Assembly (NCBI GenBank): GCA_009602725.1
Contig: WELB01000020.1
Span: 296,705 to 360,704, forward strand
Reading direction: 5' to 3'
DNA: 64,000 nucleotides
Source: Spirogloea muscicola
Lineage: Eukaryota
How positions within the stretch are numbered: position 1 is the first letter of the stretch; every line of letters begins with the position of its first letter. Under the pieces are notes generated by a model. That model ran no database searches. It saw nothing but the letters and a program-made list of their open reading frames with translations, and was not told the origin of the DNA. Shown here piece after piece: positions 12,186 to 23,500 of the stretch. Made by a program: the position numbers and the translations under genes.

Positions 12186-14097
12186 CTACTTTTTCCTTGC
12201 CATCTCTTTGGGCTGCTTGAGATGGTGTGTAGAGTCCTCATCTGGCAAATATCCATCATCCTTGTCTTCAGTATCCCCATTGTTCTGTCGCAATAACCCC
12301 TCACCTTGGCCAGATGTTCCCACATCTTGCAGATATCCTCCTGCTTGCAGCTCCGCTTCCTCCAACCTCGCGGCATCCGCGAGCTGCTCCATTGCCAAGG
12401 AGGCCTGACACTCCAGGAAGCTGTCGCTGAGGTCGTCTGAGCCTGGAGTTGGGTAGCAGTGGTCATCACAGGAGTTACGGAGGTACACAGCTCAACTTGC
12501 AGATGGGGAGGAAAGCAGCAGTCAATGTGACAGTCAGGGTGAAGACTAGCGAGAGATGGCTGCAGAAGAAGCACATCAAGCACGCAAGTCCCTCAAGCAA
12601 GGTCAAGTGCAAAGCTGCTTTCAGCTTCTGCGACAGCCAGGCACAGATGGCCAGCAAGATGGATCCCTCCGAAGATTGCTCAAAAGCACATGTTTGACTG
12701 ACCTCAACTGCTCATAAGGCCTAAGGCAGGAGAGGCAGGACAGGGTCTAAGGTGCACCTGATAGTTCGTCCTCTTCAGGTGCATAACCTGGGACAGCACG
12801 ACACTATGCGAGCCCTGCGTCAGCCTGTTAGCTCTGCTGCTCCCTGCACATAGGATCACCCCCTCCTTAGAGGATTATGACGCATGTGTACAAGTGTCAT
12901 TGTGGAGCTCCAAAGTAGCATTGCTGCTGACCTGACTGCGAGACACCAGAGGTCCTGGAGCCCGACCGCTCGAGCCCAAGCTCGTCCTTCATCGAAGTCA
13001 GAAGCGCATCCACTTCCGCTTCAGTCGGCTCCTCAGCTGGTTTAGAAAAGACATGCAAGGCCCTCAGATAGGGGCCTCCATACAATGCTTCTGGTAAAAG
13101 TAGCACACAGCAGGCCCTTTGCAGAGGACAAGCATCGCCGGTGTCGAGCACCCTTTGCCGGCTTAAGCGACCTCTGCCAGCGTGCATGCTACCCGCAAGG
13201 ACGGCTCTTTGATGGCAGCGTGAGCTCCTCTTGACGGTGGCTCCAGCTCCCGCAACTGCGCAGATATGCCAAAACCGCCACCTGGTTGTCCATCGTCTGA
13301 GACTCACCAGTGGGGCCCTCGGCCCGCTCGCTCGGGACAGCTGCACCGGCCCGGACGCCAGTTGGCTTCCCCAGCAGCCGGGCGAAGAAGCTCCGCTGAG
13401 GGAGTGGCGCACTGCCGCTGCTGCGAGCTCTGCCGGCCGTGAGCTGTGCCCTCAGCTCCGCTGCGTAGAGGTCCTCCTCGTCAGCCGCCTCCTCTGCCAT
13501 TGTCGAGGCCGCCGCTGTCGTCCGCCGCTCATCAGCCAGCCCAGCCGAGCCTGCCGTCGGCCGCCCAGGCTGCGCTTCCCCGAGACTGCCGGCGGCAGTG
13601 GCAGGCCGACTGGGTGCCGCCGCCAGCGCAGCTCGTGCTGAGCCTGACCTTCGAGCACTTGGGCCCCCACTCTCTGGGCGATCGCCATGGCTGGCTTCTC
13701 TGCTGGCAGCTCGCGCCGGCATGCTTGTTGGCGGCCCCCCGGCGCTCCTTGCTGGGCACTCGCCAGGCCCACCGCCGCCAGCGACCGACGGCGGCGGAGC
13801 CTTGAGGGCCGCGAGCCTGGCTGCGAGCTCCGCGTCGAGGCCGTCCTCCTCAGCGACGGGCTCGTGGCGAGGAGCAGCGGCTCTCGGCGCCTGCAGCCGC
13901 GCCAGCCTCGCGTCGGCGTCGAGGCCGCCGTGAAGCGGGGATCCTTGCAACGTCGGCGCTGCGGTGCGGTGGGAGCCTGCGGCCAGGCGCAGGAGGGCGG
14001 CGTCCTCGGCCTCGGACAGGAGCTCGGCCACGGCGGCGTCGTCCGGCGGCCAGCCCAGTTGGTCCAGCCTCTGGCTCTGCTGCGTCGCTCCGTCCAT
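12186..14097 (-). CDS. Hypothetical, largely low-complexity protein (3 exons)
   Basis: ATG 14097; exons 14097-13308, ~13036-12932, ~12442-12186 with phase-consistent GT-AG sites. Helical acidic motifs VAELLSEAEDAALL, LDAELAARLAALK, EAEVDALLTSMKDEL, MEQLADAARLEE. Confidence 0.65.
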
Positions 14098-14269
14098 AGG
14101 ACTGCCGCCGCCGCTGCCGCCACTGCCGCCTCTGCCGCCTCGTGGGCCCGTCGGCCTTCCCTGGCGCATGGCACCTCGCCCCGGGCGGGTTGCTCGAGCG
14201 CGAGCACCCAACCTGGCCAGACGCCCCTCGTTGTCTACTCGCTCCCGCGGCTCCCCGACCCTTCTTTTT

Positions 14270-17200
14270 CCCTTCGCCTTTCTCATACTTCGTTCATTCT
14301 TTTTGGGCTGGCTTTTCCCCTTTTCCCCTTGGGCTGGCCTCTCCCAGCCACCAGTTAATCTGGCCGCGCTTGCACTTTCCCAGCCCCTATCCTCAAAGAA
14401 AGAGAGAAGGGCTCGCCCATTGAGGATAGGGGCTGGAAAAAGCAAGCCCAGAAAAGAATGAACGAAGGACGAGAAGGGGCCAGGGGAAGTACGAAGAACA
14501 ACAAGCACAGAAACGAAGCAGCTACGAAGCACTCAACCTCTGCTAAGCAGCCTCAGGTCAAAGAAAGGGCTCGCCCATAGAGAAGAGGGGCTAGCAAAGC
14601 CAGCCCATCAAGAATGGACAATGTCCAAAGCCAAAGGTAAAAAGGCAAGCGCGGCCAGATTGACTGGTGGCTGGGAGAGGCCAGCTCAAAGGAATGGACA
14701 AGGTCCGAAGGAGCCGGAGTGCTAAGGACTAAGACAGCAGCAAGCGGACTCTCAGTAACCTCTAGTCAGTAGATGCAAGTCTGAATCGCTAGCAGGCGGA
14801 AAGCCGTCGCCCTGACGGAAGCCGGAGGCCGCCGCCAAAGCGCGGCCTGCGCGCAAGTGGACCGCGAAGGCAAGGGACCGCTGCAAAGAGATGGCCAAGC
14901 GCATCCGTAAGACTTGGGCGAGGGACCCGGCGACATTGAAGCCAGGCTGCTCTCTCTGCTGCCCGTGGCTGCGGGCCGCTGCTCGCCGCGCAAGGTGGTG
15001 AAGAAGGTCAAGCCATTTTGCGCCAAAGGCTCCGTGTACGTCGACGGTGAGTGAGACAAACTCGTCTCTCACCTGGTGATCCGAGTATTGCCGTTCCTTG
15101 GCGCTTGCCGTTTGGCGGACTTCGTAGCCCGCCTCCTCCGACGAGCGTTTGGCGCTCCTGGAATCAAAGAGTCAGTCAGTCAAAGAAAGAGGTGCCGAAA
15201 AAGGACTACACTATAAAACACCACAAAATACAAGACGATGCAGAGGGAAGCTCAGTACCCGCGAGTGAGCAACATCAAGTCGGAGTAGCTCGCTGCAGGG
15301 AAAGAGGCATTCCGCCGAGACCCAGAGGCGGCGGCCATAGCACGGCCTGCTCGCGTGTGGACGGCGTAGGCAAGGGAAAAGAAAAGCGCGCCCATAGAAA
15401 AGAGGGGCTGGCCAAGCCAGCCCAAAAAAGAATGGACAATGTCCAAAGCCAAAGCAAGAGGAGCCGGAGAAAGGACTACACTACAACATACTGCAGAACA
15501 CAGAAACGATGCAGAGGAAAGCTCAGTACCCACGAGTGAGCAACACGTTGAAACGATACCGCCAGGCGCATTCGGAATACCTGGGCGAGCGAACCGGCGG
15601 CGTTGAAGCCGGGCATCGCCCCTGGCAGACCCGGCCGCCTGTCAATGGCCTGACGGGCAAGCCGCTGGAGGAGATCCAGCCAGCGGCTGCCGAAAGAAGT
15701 GGCTCTCCCAATGGGGGCAAGGGCTGTGCCAGCCCGAAAAGAATTGACAAGGTTCGAAGGGGCCAAAGTACGAGCTAAGCAGCGACTACGGGGCCTGAAG
15801 AGGCTATGGCGGAACGGGGGAGGATGGACCACTCAGTAATTACGAGTGAGTGCCGAAAGCCCCGTATACATCTATCGCCAGGGCCGCGACTTCATCACCA
15901 ACCAGGTGATCGGCATATTGCAGGGCATGCGGTCGGTCCAGCCGGCTCGGGGCTCCTTGCCCCGGGCCGGCTGGACCGACCGAGGGTCCTGCAAACGAGG
16001 CCGACCTGGTGGGATTGGCGGAGTCGATGCAGTCAGTTGTCACACATCGGCGATGATGCGAGGACCGCCGCCTGGCGGGATGGCGACCAGGTCGGCGCGT
16101 CGAGTATGGGGCTGGCCGTCCGCGCCCAGCTGGATGGGCACTGTTGCGGTTGTTTTCCACAGCCACCTTGAAGCCCGCCTCCATGAACACCCCCTGCATG
16201 CCATCGCGCAGGAGATCGCGGGAACCGGTCCGCTCGCCCCCGTGCGCGCAACGGAGCATATGCGCAGCCAGCTCCGCTCAAAGGGCGAGCCCTTCTCTCT
16301 TTCGCTGGGCTGGCCTCTCCTCTCCCTGCCACCGCCCTCTCCTGGAAGCGTCTTCCTCCCTTCCGGTGAAAAGATCCCTCGCCTTCTGAAGCTGAAGTGC
16401 TGGCAGCTGTTCTTGACCAACACACTGCACGTTGTCTTTCTTCACAGGATCCCAAAGTCTAGCCTGTGCATCCAGAGTCAATTGCTCTATGAATTGCCAT
16501 AGGCTCTGCGAGCCGAAATGCACGTTTCTTGCCTCCTATGGTGTCCTCTACACGTTATTTGGACGTCACGCAGTCAGTTACTTAGTCAGCTTCAGCTTGT
16601 ACGTGGCCGCTAATGCCATCGTTTTAGTAGCAGCCAACTCCTTCCACTCTCCCTCTCTTTTCAAAAAACTTCTATCAGTTGTTAAAACTCAATCGTACAG
16701 CACCACTCCTCACATTGTTCATTCCTTACAGCGATTTTTGGCCCTTTCGGCCTTGCTACTGTCTTAGCACTTAGTATATTGCCTTCTGCGCCATCCGGCT
16801 CCTACAGACCTTGTCCATTTCTTTGGGCTGGCCTCTCCCAGCCACCAGTCAGTTGGGTCGCGCTTTCTTGTCGGACCTAGTGATTGTTTTGGGGCTAGCT
16901 TTTCACAGCCCTCGTCCCCGCCCTCGCCCCCTACCACAAGTGCCACATTCTTTGAGCTGGCCTCTCACAGCCATTGCCTTGCGTTGAAGGAGCTGTTACT
17001 CTCTGTTTCACCCACATCATCAATGCCTCCCCTCCCTCTCCAGTTAAATTGCATTTTACAGAATGCAGCTATTGCTTAGCTTACAGCGCTTCCAAGCTCT
17101 GGGTATTCATCAGCATGCTGGGCTCTAAGTCAGGCCACCAGCTTCTGTGGCGGCGCTCCGGCTCCCCAAATAAGCCTGTCGGATCTGTATGCGCTCATTC

Positions 17201-17670
17201 GTGGTTGTTACCTTCACGCTGTTACATCAGCCACCTGAGCATAGTGCTTCAATGAGTGTAGCCCCATACTTTGCACTCGCTTCTGCCTGTACAGTGTATT
17301 GGCTTCAGTTGGCAACCCTCTCTTATATGCGCACCGCGCGCTTTTCTCTACAGCCGCCTCCCCGGCCAGCACTCCCTTCTTCCTCTATCCCGCTTTCTCC
17401 CCGCCTCTGCCACTTTCCCCATTCACTTGCTTGTAACAAGACACTGTTTCCAAGTCTTTCCCCCACGCTCAATGTGCAAATGCTACACCTCTGCTTCCTC
17501 AGGCCCAGCTTGCCTTGACCTGCCACTCTGCAAGAAAGAGAAAGTTGATCCACTGAGGTTGCCTCTTGGCAATTCCCAGAAGCTCTAACACTTCCTGCCA
17601 CGTATCGCCATGGAGCACGTGAGAAAGGCGCGCAATTCGCACGTAATGAGAGGGAGGCCAAAAGCAAGCC
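14270..17670. mobile_element. Stacked array of 5'-truncated RLE (CRE-like) non-LTR retrotransposon fragments
   Basis: Minus-strand ends ...RMRLAISLQRSLAFAVHLRAGRALAAASG...LLTRGY* (14752-15072), LLTRGY* (15252, 15523), LTRNY* (~15833). Zn-knuckle/RLE remnant HMLRCAHGGER..RDLLRD..AGFKVAVE..RRADLVA..IIADV..LAIDVYGAFG (15850-16265). Plus-strand degenerate copy ~17054-17350. About ten hairpin motifs. Confidence 0.85.
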
Positions 17671-17953
17671 AGTCCAGTGTTGGTATGAGTACAAAGGAAT
17701 TTATAAGAGGTGTACGCAAACACTCCAGCCCTGCTATAGCTGAGATATTACTTGCGCAAGGCACAAGTCACTTCCCCCCCCCTCTTCCCTCTTTGACATA
17801 AATTCATTGCAATCAAGGGATTAGCTTAAGAGCTTGCATGCTGTGAGCAGAGCAGCTCAATCACACACTGACACTCAAGTGCTTGAACACTCCCGCTGGG
17901 CAGCAGCAATACTGTATTCAGCCGAGGACTCTGCCAAAAGTAAAGCTCAAGAA

Positions 17954-20191
17954 TCACTCGCTCTTCTTGTCACCCACTTTGTCCACCTTGGGTGCCGGCT
18001 TGCTGTACATGAGAATCTGGGAGAAAACAGTCCCATGGGTGATGATGCCCAAGCAAGCTCCCAGAACCACTGAGCATCAGTCAAGGATAACGTGCCCCCA
18101 TGTCCCACAGAAGGAAGTAGAAGCTTTGCTCAAGACAGCCAAACTGCTTCTGCACCTAAGTTTACGAATGTGTTAAGCCTTAACTACTCACTGATTGACA
18201 AATTAGAACTTATAAATTAGAAATGAAAGCTCAACTCTTGCAGCTTCTGATGTGGACCTTGAGCTGTGAAGGAGAATTTCAGAAAGAGAGGATACTGGTT
18301 GCCGGGGCCCTCTCTTGAATGCTTGTGAACAGGCGCACTGCACGTTATAGACAGAAACAGCAGGTAGGATAAGTCAGATGCCAAGTTTGTCATCGGGGCA
18401 TTGCAGATTGCAGTGAAATCTATAGCAGTGCCAGCATAGCCAGTGCACCATACACTAATAGAACGAGAAGACATGAAAGAGCTGCATGATATTTGGATGC
18501 CAGACATTCATGCCAGCATATCATACAGCTGAAAGGGACTTGATTTGCAATGACATTCTCCTCTTCACTGACATCAACATGGAGGATGAAGGAGACGCGC
18601 GCACCAAAAATTGCCAGCACTCACCTAGGCAACCAGCAAGATTCATAAAGCTTGTAGCAAAGCTCAATTGGCCTGTGCTCTTATTCTACACAGCAAAGTC
18701 AGCGCAGGCAGTGAATACAAGGACATCGACGAGCCACATTCTGAAAGATGTGTAGAGATTGGACCTTGTCATTGACAGTAGGTATGCTATTCTAATTTGG
18801 AGAGAGCTGACAGAAAACATGGGTGCATAGATGCCTCAGTAACTTCACTCAAAAACTGCTTAGCAACACGAACGGCTGGTAGGACATTGAGATGCAAATT
18901 TTGACATACCCTGAAGTTTTCAATGATTTGAGGGAAGCGGGACAAGAAGAAAATGGCATGCTGACAGGCCTGCGTATGTCGTGAGAGAGTGGACCACTTT
19001 AGTAGATTGTCCTGGGGTTTGTCTCGCAATGATAATTCACAAAGCTGTGAAGTGGGCTGTAGAGCACAACCCACAGCTTGCACACAATTCCAACATGCAA
19101 TGCTAAAGAGCAGCAAGACCTTGCACAGGTAAGTGAAGCTTACAAATAGGGTGTCAATAACCTTCTCCGAGACATTTCCTGAGAGCAGTGGGGGCGCCGC
19201 AGCACAGTACCTGAGCTTATCATCAGAGATTCAGCTTCAGAAACAACAGAAGATAGACAAACATCTGCGGTGAAGAGGAGCAGGAGCGATAGTAGCTAGG
19301 AAGCGTCTGCTACTCTCAGCTCAAGTCATTGAGCTGCTGGGCTCGTAATTGCTCTCTTTTCAGGCCTGGATGCCTTGATATTCTGACTAGAGAACTCACA
19401 CCCCAGCCTTCAGCCAGGTGAGAGGGCCGAGCTTTGGCGAGAAGCGGTAAACCAGGCCAACAAGTATCAGTCCTGCGATAAGTGGCCTGCGTCAGCTTCA
19501 CAGTACTTGCAAGGGTACCTGAAAACCATCCAGTTGGGGGCAGGCTCATCCGAAAGCCTGTTGGCAATCGAAGCAATCAGCAATACCTAGCAATTAGAGA
19601 AACTTGGAGCTGTAGGAAGTTTGGGACTTGAGAATCTGACTGGAACGAAAGCTCATGCAATGTTGCACCTTGGACAAGGAGCGGCAAGAGCTCGCCGTAG
19701 GCGCTGAACGGGATCTTCTTGAAGAAGCAGTAGGAGAGCGCGATGGTGAAGCCGACCAGCTCCATCTCAAAGGAGGCGGCGCTCAGGCCTTGCACGCTCT
19801 TGTTCTTCAGGATGATGTATATCTGGATTGGGGAGCCCGGAGCAGGCACGATGATGAGGAGTCCTTCTAAGCAGACCTTGACGTTACAAAGGGCCTCACA
19901 GGTCGCTGGCAAGTGGAAGAGGCCTTCTTTGATGGGGCAACGAGAGATCGGCACATCAAGGAATGGTGAGCATGCGCTGAAGGTGCTGACCGACGCCTGC
20001 AGCCAGGTCGGGGCCATCGTCACCTGGGGGGCCTTGACGATGGTGGACGCCAGGACGATGGCATAGCCCAGCGCCTTGGCCAGGAGAGTGAAGGCGCAGT
20101 CGCGGTCGGGCACTTCGAGGTGCATCAGCGGCTGGAGCAGGCACGTGAAGTTCATCCCGGCCACGACGAGCTCGCCGTCGCGGAGCCCCAT
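17954..20191 (-). CDS. MPDU1: Mannose-P-dolichol utilization defect 1 protein (PQ-loop family)
   Basis: LAKALGYAIVLASTIVKAPQ|IYIILKNKSVQGLS...FSAYGE; second PQ loop SRFPQIIENFR|AKSTGQLSF; RLFTSIQE; ends ...DKKSE* at 17954. Confidence 0.92.
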
Positions 20192-20482
20192 GGCGGCCAG
20201 GCGCCGCGCCGCAAGCCGCGCCGCGCGCCGCCTTCTCCGCGGCCTCCTGCCTGCGCCGCGCANGCGGATGGAAGCGAACCTTGTCGAGAAGCTACGCACA
20301 AGTTACCGTCGCCACAAAGGTAGCGCAGAGGTAGGATTCAAGAGGGTAACAGCAAGGGTTGCCGGGCGCTCTTACGCAGTTCTTAGCGGTAGACACGCTC
20401 CCGTTATGGGATGAGCTCCGCTCATTTGAACAGTGCCCCTGCCGCCGCAGTCGCGGCGGCCTTCGCGGCAGCCCCGCCGCGT

Positions 20483-20513
<31 letters not shown>

Positions 20514-20534
20514 ACGAGCACAAGCGCTGTTGTG

Positions 20535-23500
20535 ATGGTAGGCCCTGCGGCGCGGGCACGGGCGCTCGAGAGGTTCCCGGAGCTGGCGCGCGACTGCCTG
20601 GCCAAGCACCTCCCGGCCTCGGCGGCCTTCTTCGCCGACAAGGCCGTGACGCTGTCCGGCGGCGCGCCCGAGCACGTCTACCTGCTGGCCGAGGCGCACC
20701 ACGCCGGCGGGCACCACCGCCGCGCGCTGCAGCTGCTCCGCCAGCGGGGCCTCCTGCGCGCCAACATCCGCTTCCGCTACCTCGCGGCCAAATGCCTGGT
20801 ATGCTGGCGCCACTCGTGCCCGCCTCGGATGACCTGAGCTGCCATGCAGCGAGGTGCATGTGCTGCCAGTAGAATCTGCATACAAGATCTGCAGCGGACG
20901 TCCTTTGCAGCTGTGACCTCCAGCTCGAGTCAAAGTTCCAGCTAGCTTCTGGAAGTAGGAGCTACTGTACTGTCGGATGTGCTTGCTTGTCCAGCTGATC
21001 AAGCGGCACGTGCTGTAATCAAAAGGATGGCATGCCAACTTCTTCAGACTTGCGGCCAAGGGAGGACTGTCTTCTACTGTCAATGCCAGCTTCACAGCTT
21101 GTCAGCAACTGCTCATGAATGTGTGCTGTGCTGTCCGGATGCTCACGCATCATGGACGGCAGGCACTGGCAGTGGTGTTGCAGCGCCGGCTTCTACTGAC
21201 AGAGTGATACTTGGTGAGCTTCAGGAGGCTTCTAAGGACTGGGAGGAGTGCCTGGCTATGCTGGGAGAGGATATGGATGTAGAGGAGGACAACAGGGCCC
21301 TGCACAACGATGGTCGAGCTGGCCGTGAGATAGATGTACGCCCAAGCGCTCCAACTCCAGAACATGTAGGGGAGGAAAGCTGCAGTATGTCTGCCTGTGA
21401 CTTACGGCAAAGCCTGTACTCTGTATAGTAATGGTCAGCGACTTTTCACAGACTCCTGTTTAACATGTTTCAAATCGGGTGGGCAGCTTTCATAGCTATA
21501 CAGTCTTAGACAAGTCTTTGGATGCATCGAGACACACTGAGTTTTGAATTCCAACCATCAAAGGTTGTTGAGCACTTGTGCTTGTTGTCTAGTATTTCCA
21601 CAGATCCCCAGCAATTCCTCATTGATCTCCAGTATTGCTTCTCAGTGACTGCAGATTGTTGCTGCAGCTTGCCTCCTCCGTGGGAATGCATATCATGCAC
21701 TGGATAACCGCGCTAAGGCCACGTATTGGTTAGTGATCAAAGCTCTCCACAGTCAGTGGCGCTATCAAACAGTAGGTCTTCAGACAACCAAACAGAGCTC
21801 TGTCCCTGTTGCTGACACCTTGGTTCCTTGTTAAGCAGGAGTCATGCTCAACAAGTCCTCTCTCAACGCTGGCACCTTGGTTCCTGATCAGCTGCAGTCA
21901 TGCTTAGCAAGTCCACTCTTAGCACAGGGAAAAGAGTAGCCGAAAAGCAAAGCAACAGCTGCTATCAGGCTACACGGTTGCGCCTAAGATGGGCTAATAT
22001 GACGGGTTCACATGTCAATGACAGGTACAGAAGCGCAATACAACGTGATCCCTACTGCTTTGAGGTTATCACACAGACCTGAATGTTGTGCTCGTTGTCT
22101 GCTCCAGAAATATCTGTCAGGAACACACTTCCGTGTGAAAGAGCCACAATACGTCTGCTGCTTATACTGCCTGCATTGGAAGCTTAAACCCAATTGTGAA
22201 GCTTGTGTAACACAATGTGCCAGGCCGTAATTCTCTACACAGCCAAGCCCTCATTTCCTTGTCTTACACTGCCATGACCTTGCAGGCCCTGGATCAGCTC
22301 TTCAGCAACCACATGCTAACTGGGAAAGAAGGTGATGTCTCTAAAGAAGACGAATCTTGATGTGTATTTGGAGTTGTCCATATGGTTGTACTTCTGACAC
22401 AGACATTGTGAGAGCAGGAGCCAAAACAGGGCAAGTGTGTTGTGGGGTGGTGGGAGGGGTTTACAAATTGGAGAGGTGCTGTGTCAAGCTGTACATAAGA
22501 ATGATGACATGCACTGGGCACCGAGGCCAACAGTTGTTGGTTCCTAATGAGCGACATGCTTCGTGAGCCTAGAAAGCTCCTGTCTGACTTTTGCTAGTTT
22601 CTCAGTCAGCATATGCAGTTAGGATGGTTTGACTGGAGCCTTGTGACAAGTATTTTGGGACAAAATATTTATCTGCGTCCCATTGACTTAGATAGTCTGA
22701 CAGCCGAGGGCTACTGGGCATTACCCCTTGGAGCTCTTTAGACAGCACTGAGATGGCAGGACGGCTGCTTTGAATGCTATGATGATTTTCTGTACCATCA
22801 AATTCCTAGCTGCCGGCAGGCAGTGAGGAAGTTTTTAAATCTGAGCACTTTACAACAGGCTGAGATGGGAGCGGGGGGCAGGTTGGTCGCACCCAGAAAC
22901 GTGCGACTTTTTCTTGTCAAGCTGATCAAGGCGCAGCTCAACCATCTCAGGCATATCCATATCTGCACATACAAGCATAGACTGCTGAAGAAGGCAATTG
23001 ATTGGCATGTGTAACTGTTTCAACCTACAGAGCAGGACTTACTTGCAGCCATTCACCTTGGGCCACACGATGATTGGTTGTTGATCTTGTACACTTTGCA
23101 AGCAAAGAAGGTAAGCTGGCCCATGCTACTCACGATCCTTGTCAGGATGATACAAGTCACCTTGGATTTGGTTGATTATGACAGCACCAAATTCCCTTCC
23201 CTTGTGCATGCTCAATCTAGCATAACTGAAGAGAAGAACTGACCTTGAATGCTGGGCTGGAGAACACCGCATTATCAGAACCATATGTAAAGGACCGGTG
23301 GTTGTGGGAGCTGCTTACTTTGTTGAGCTTCTGACCTTGATATGCCGCAGTATGGTGAGGCTGAGGTGATTGAGAAGAAATTTGCTGAACTGGAGGCAAC
23401 CATAGACGACGCTTGTGAACGTGATAGAGGTGCAGCAAGTACGTCAATGTCGATGAGTACAAATGGCATTGTCATCAGCTGTAGAGCTGACCTGCATTTC

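Noticed and set aside
14270..16980. CRISPR-like array of recurring ~25-nt hairpin repeats
   Set aside because: Spacing is irregular, orientations are mixed, copies are attached to retroelement ORF ends, the context is eukaryotic and no cas genes are present.
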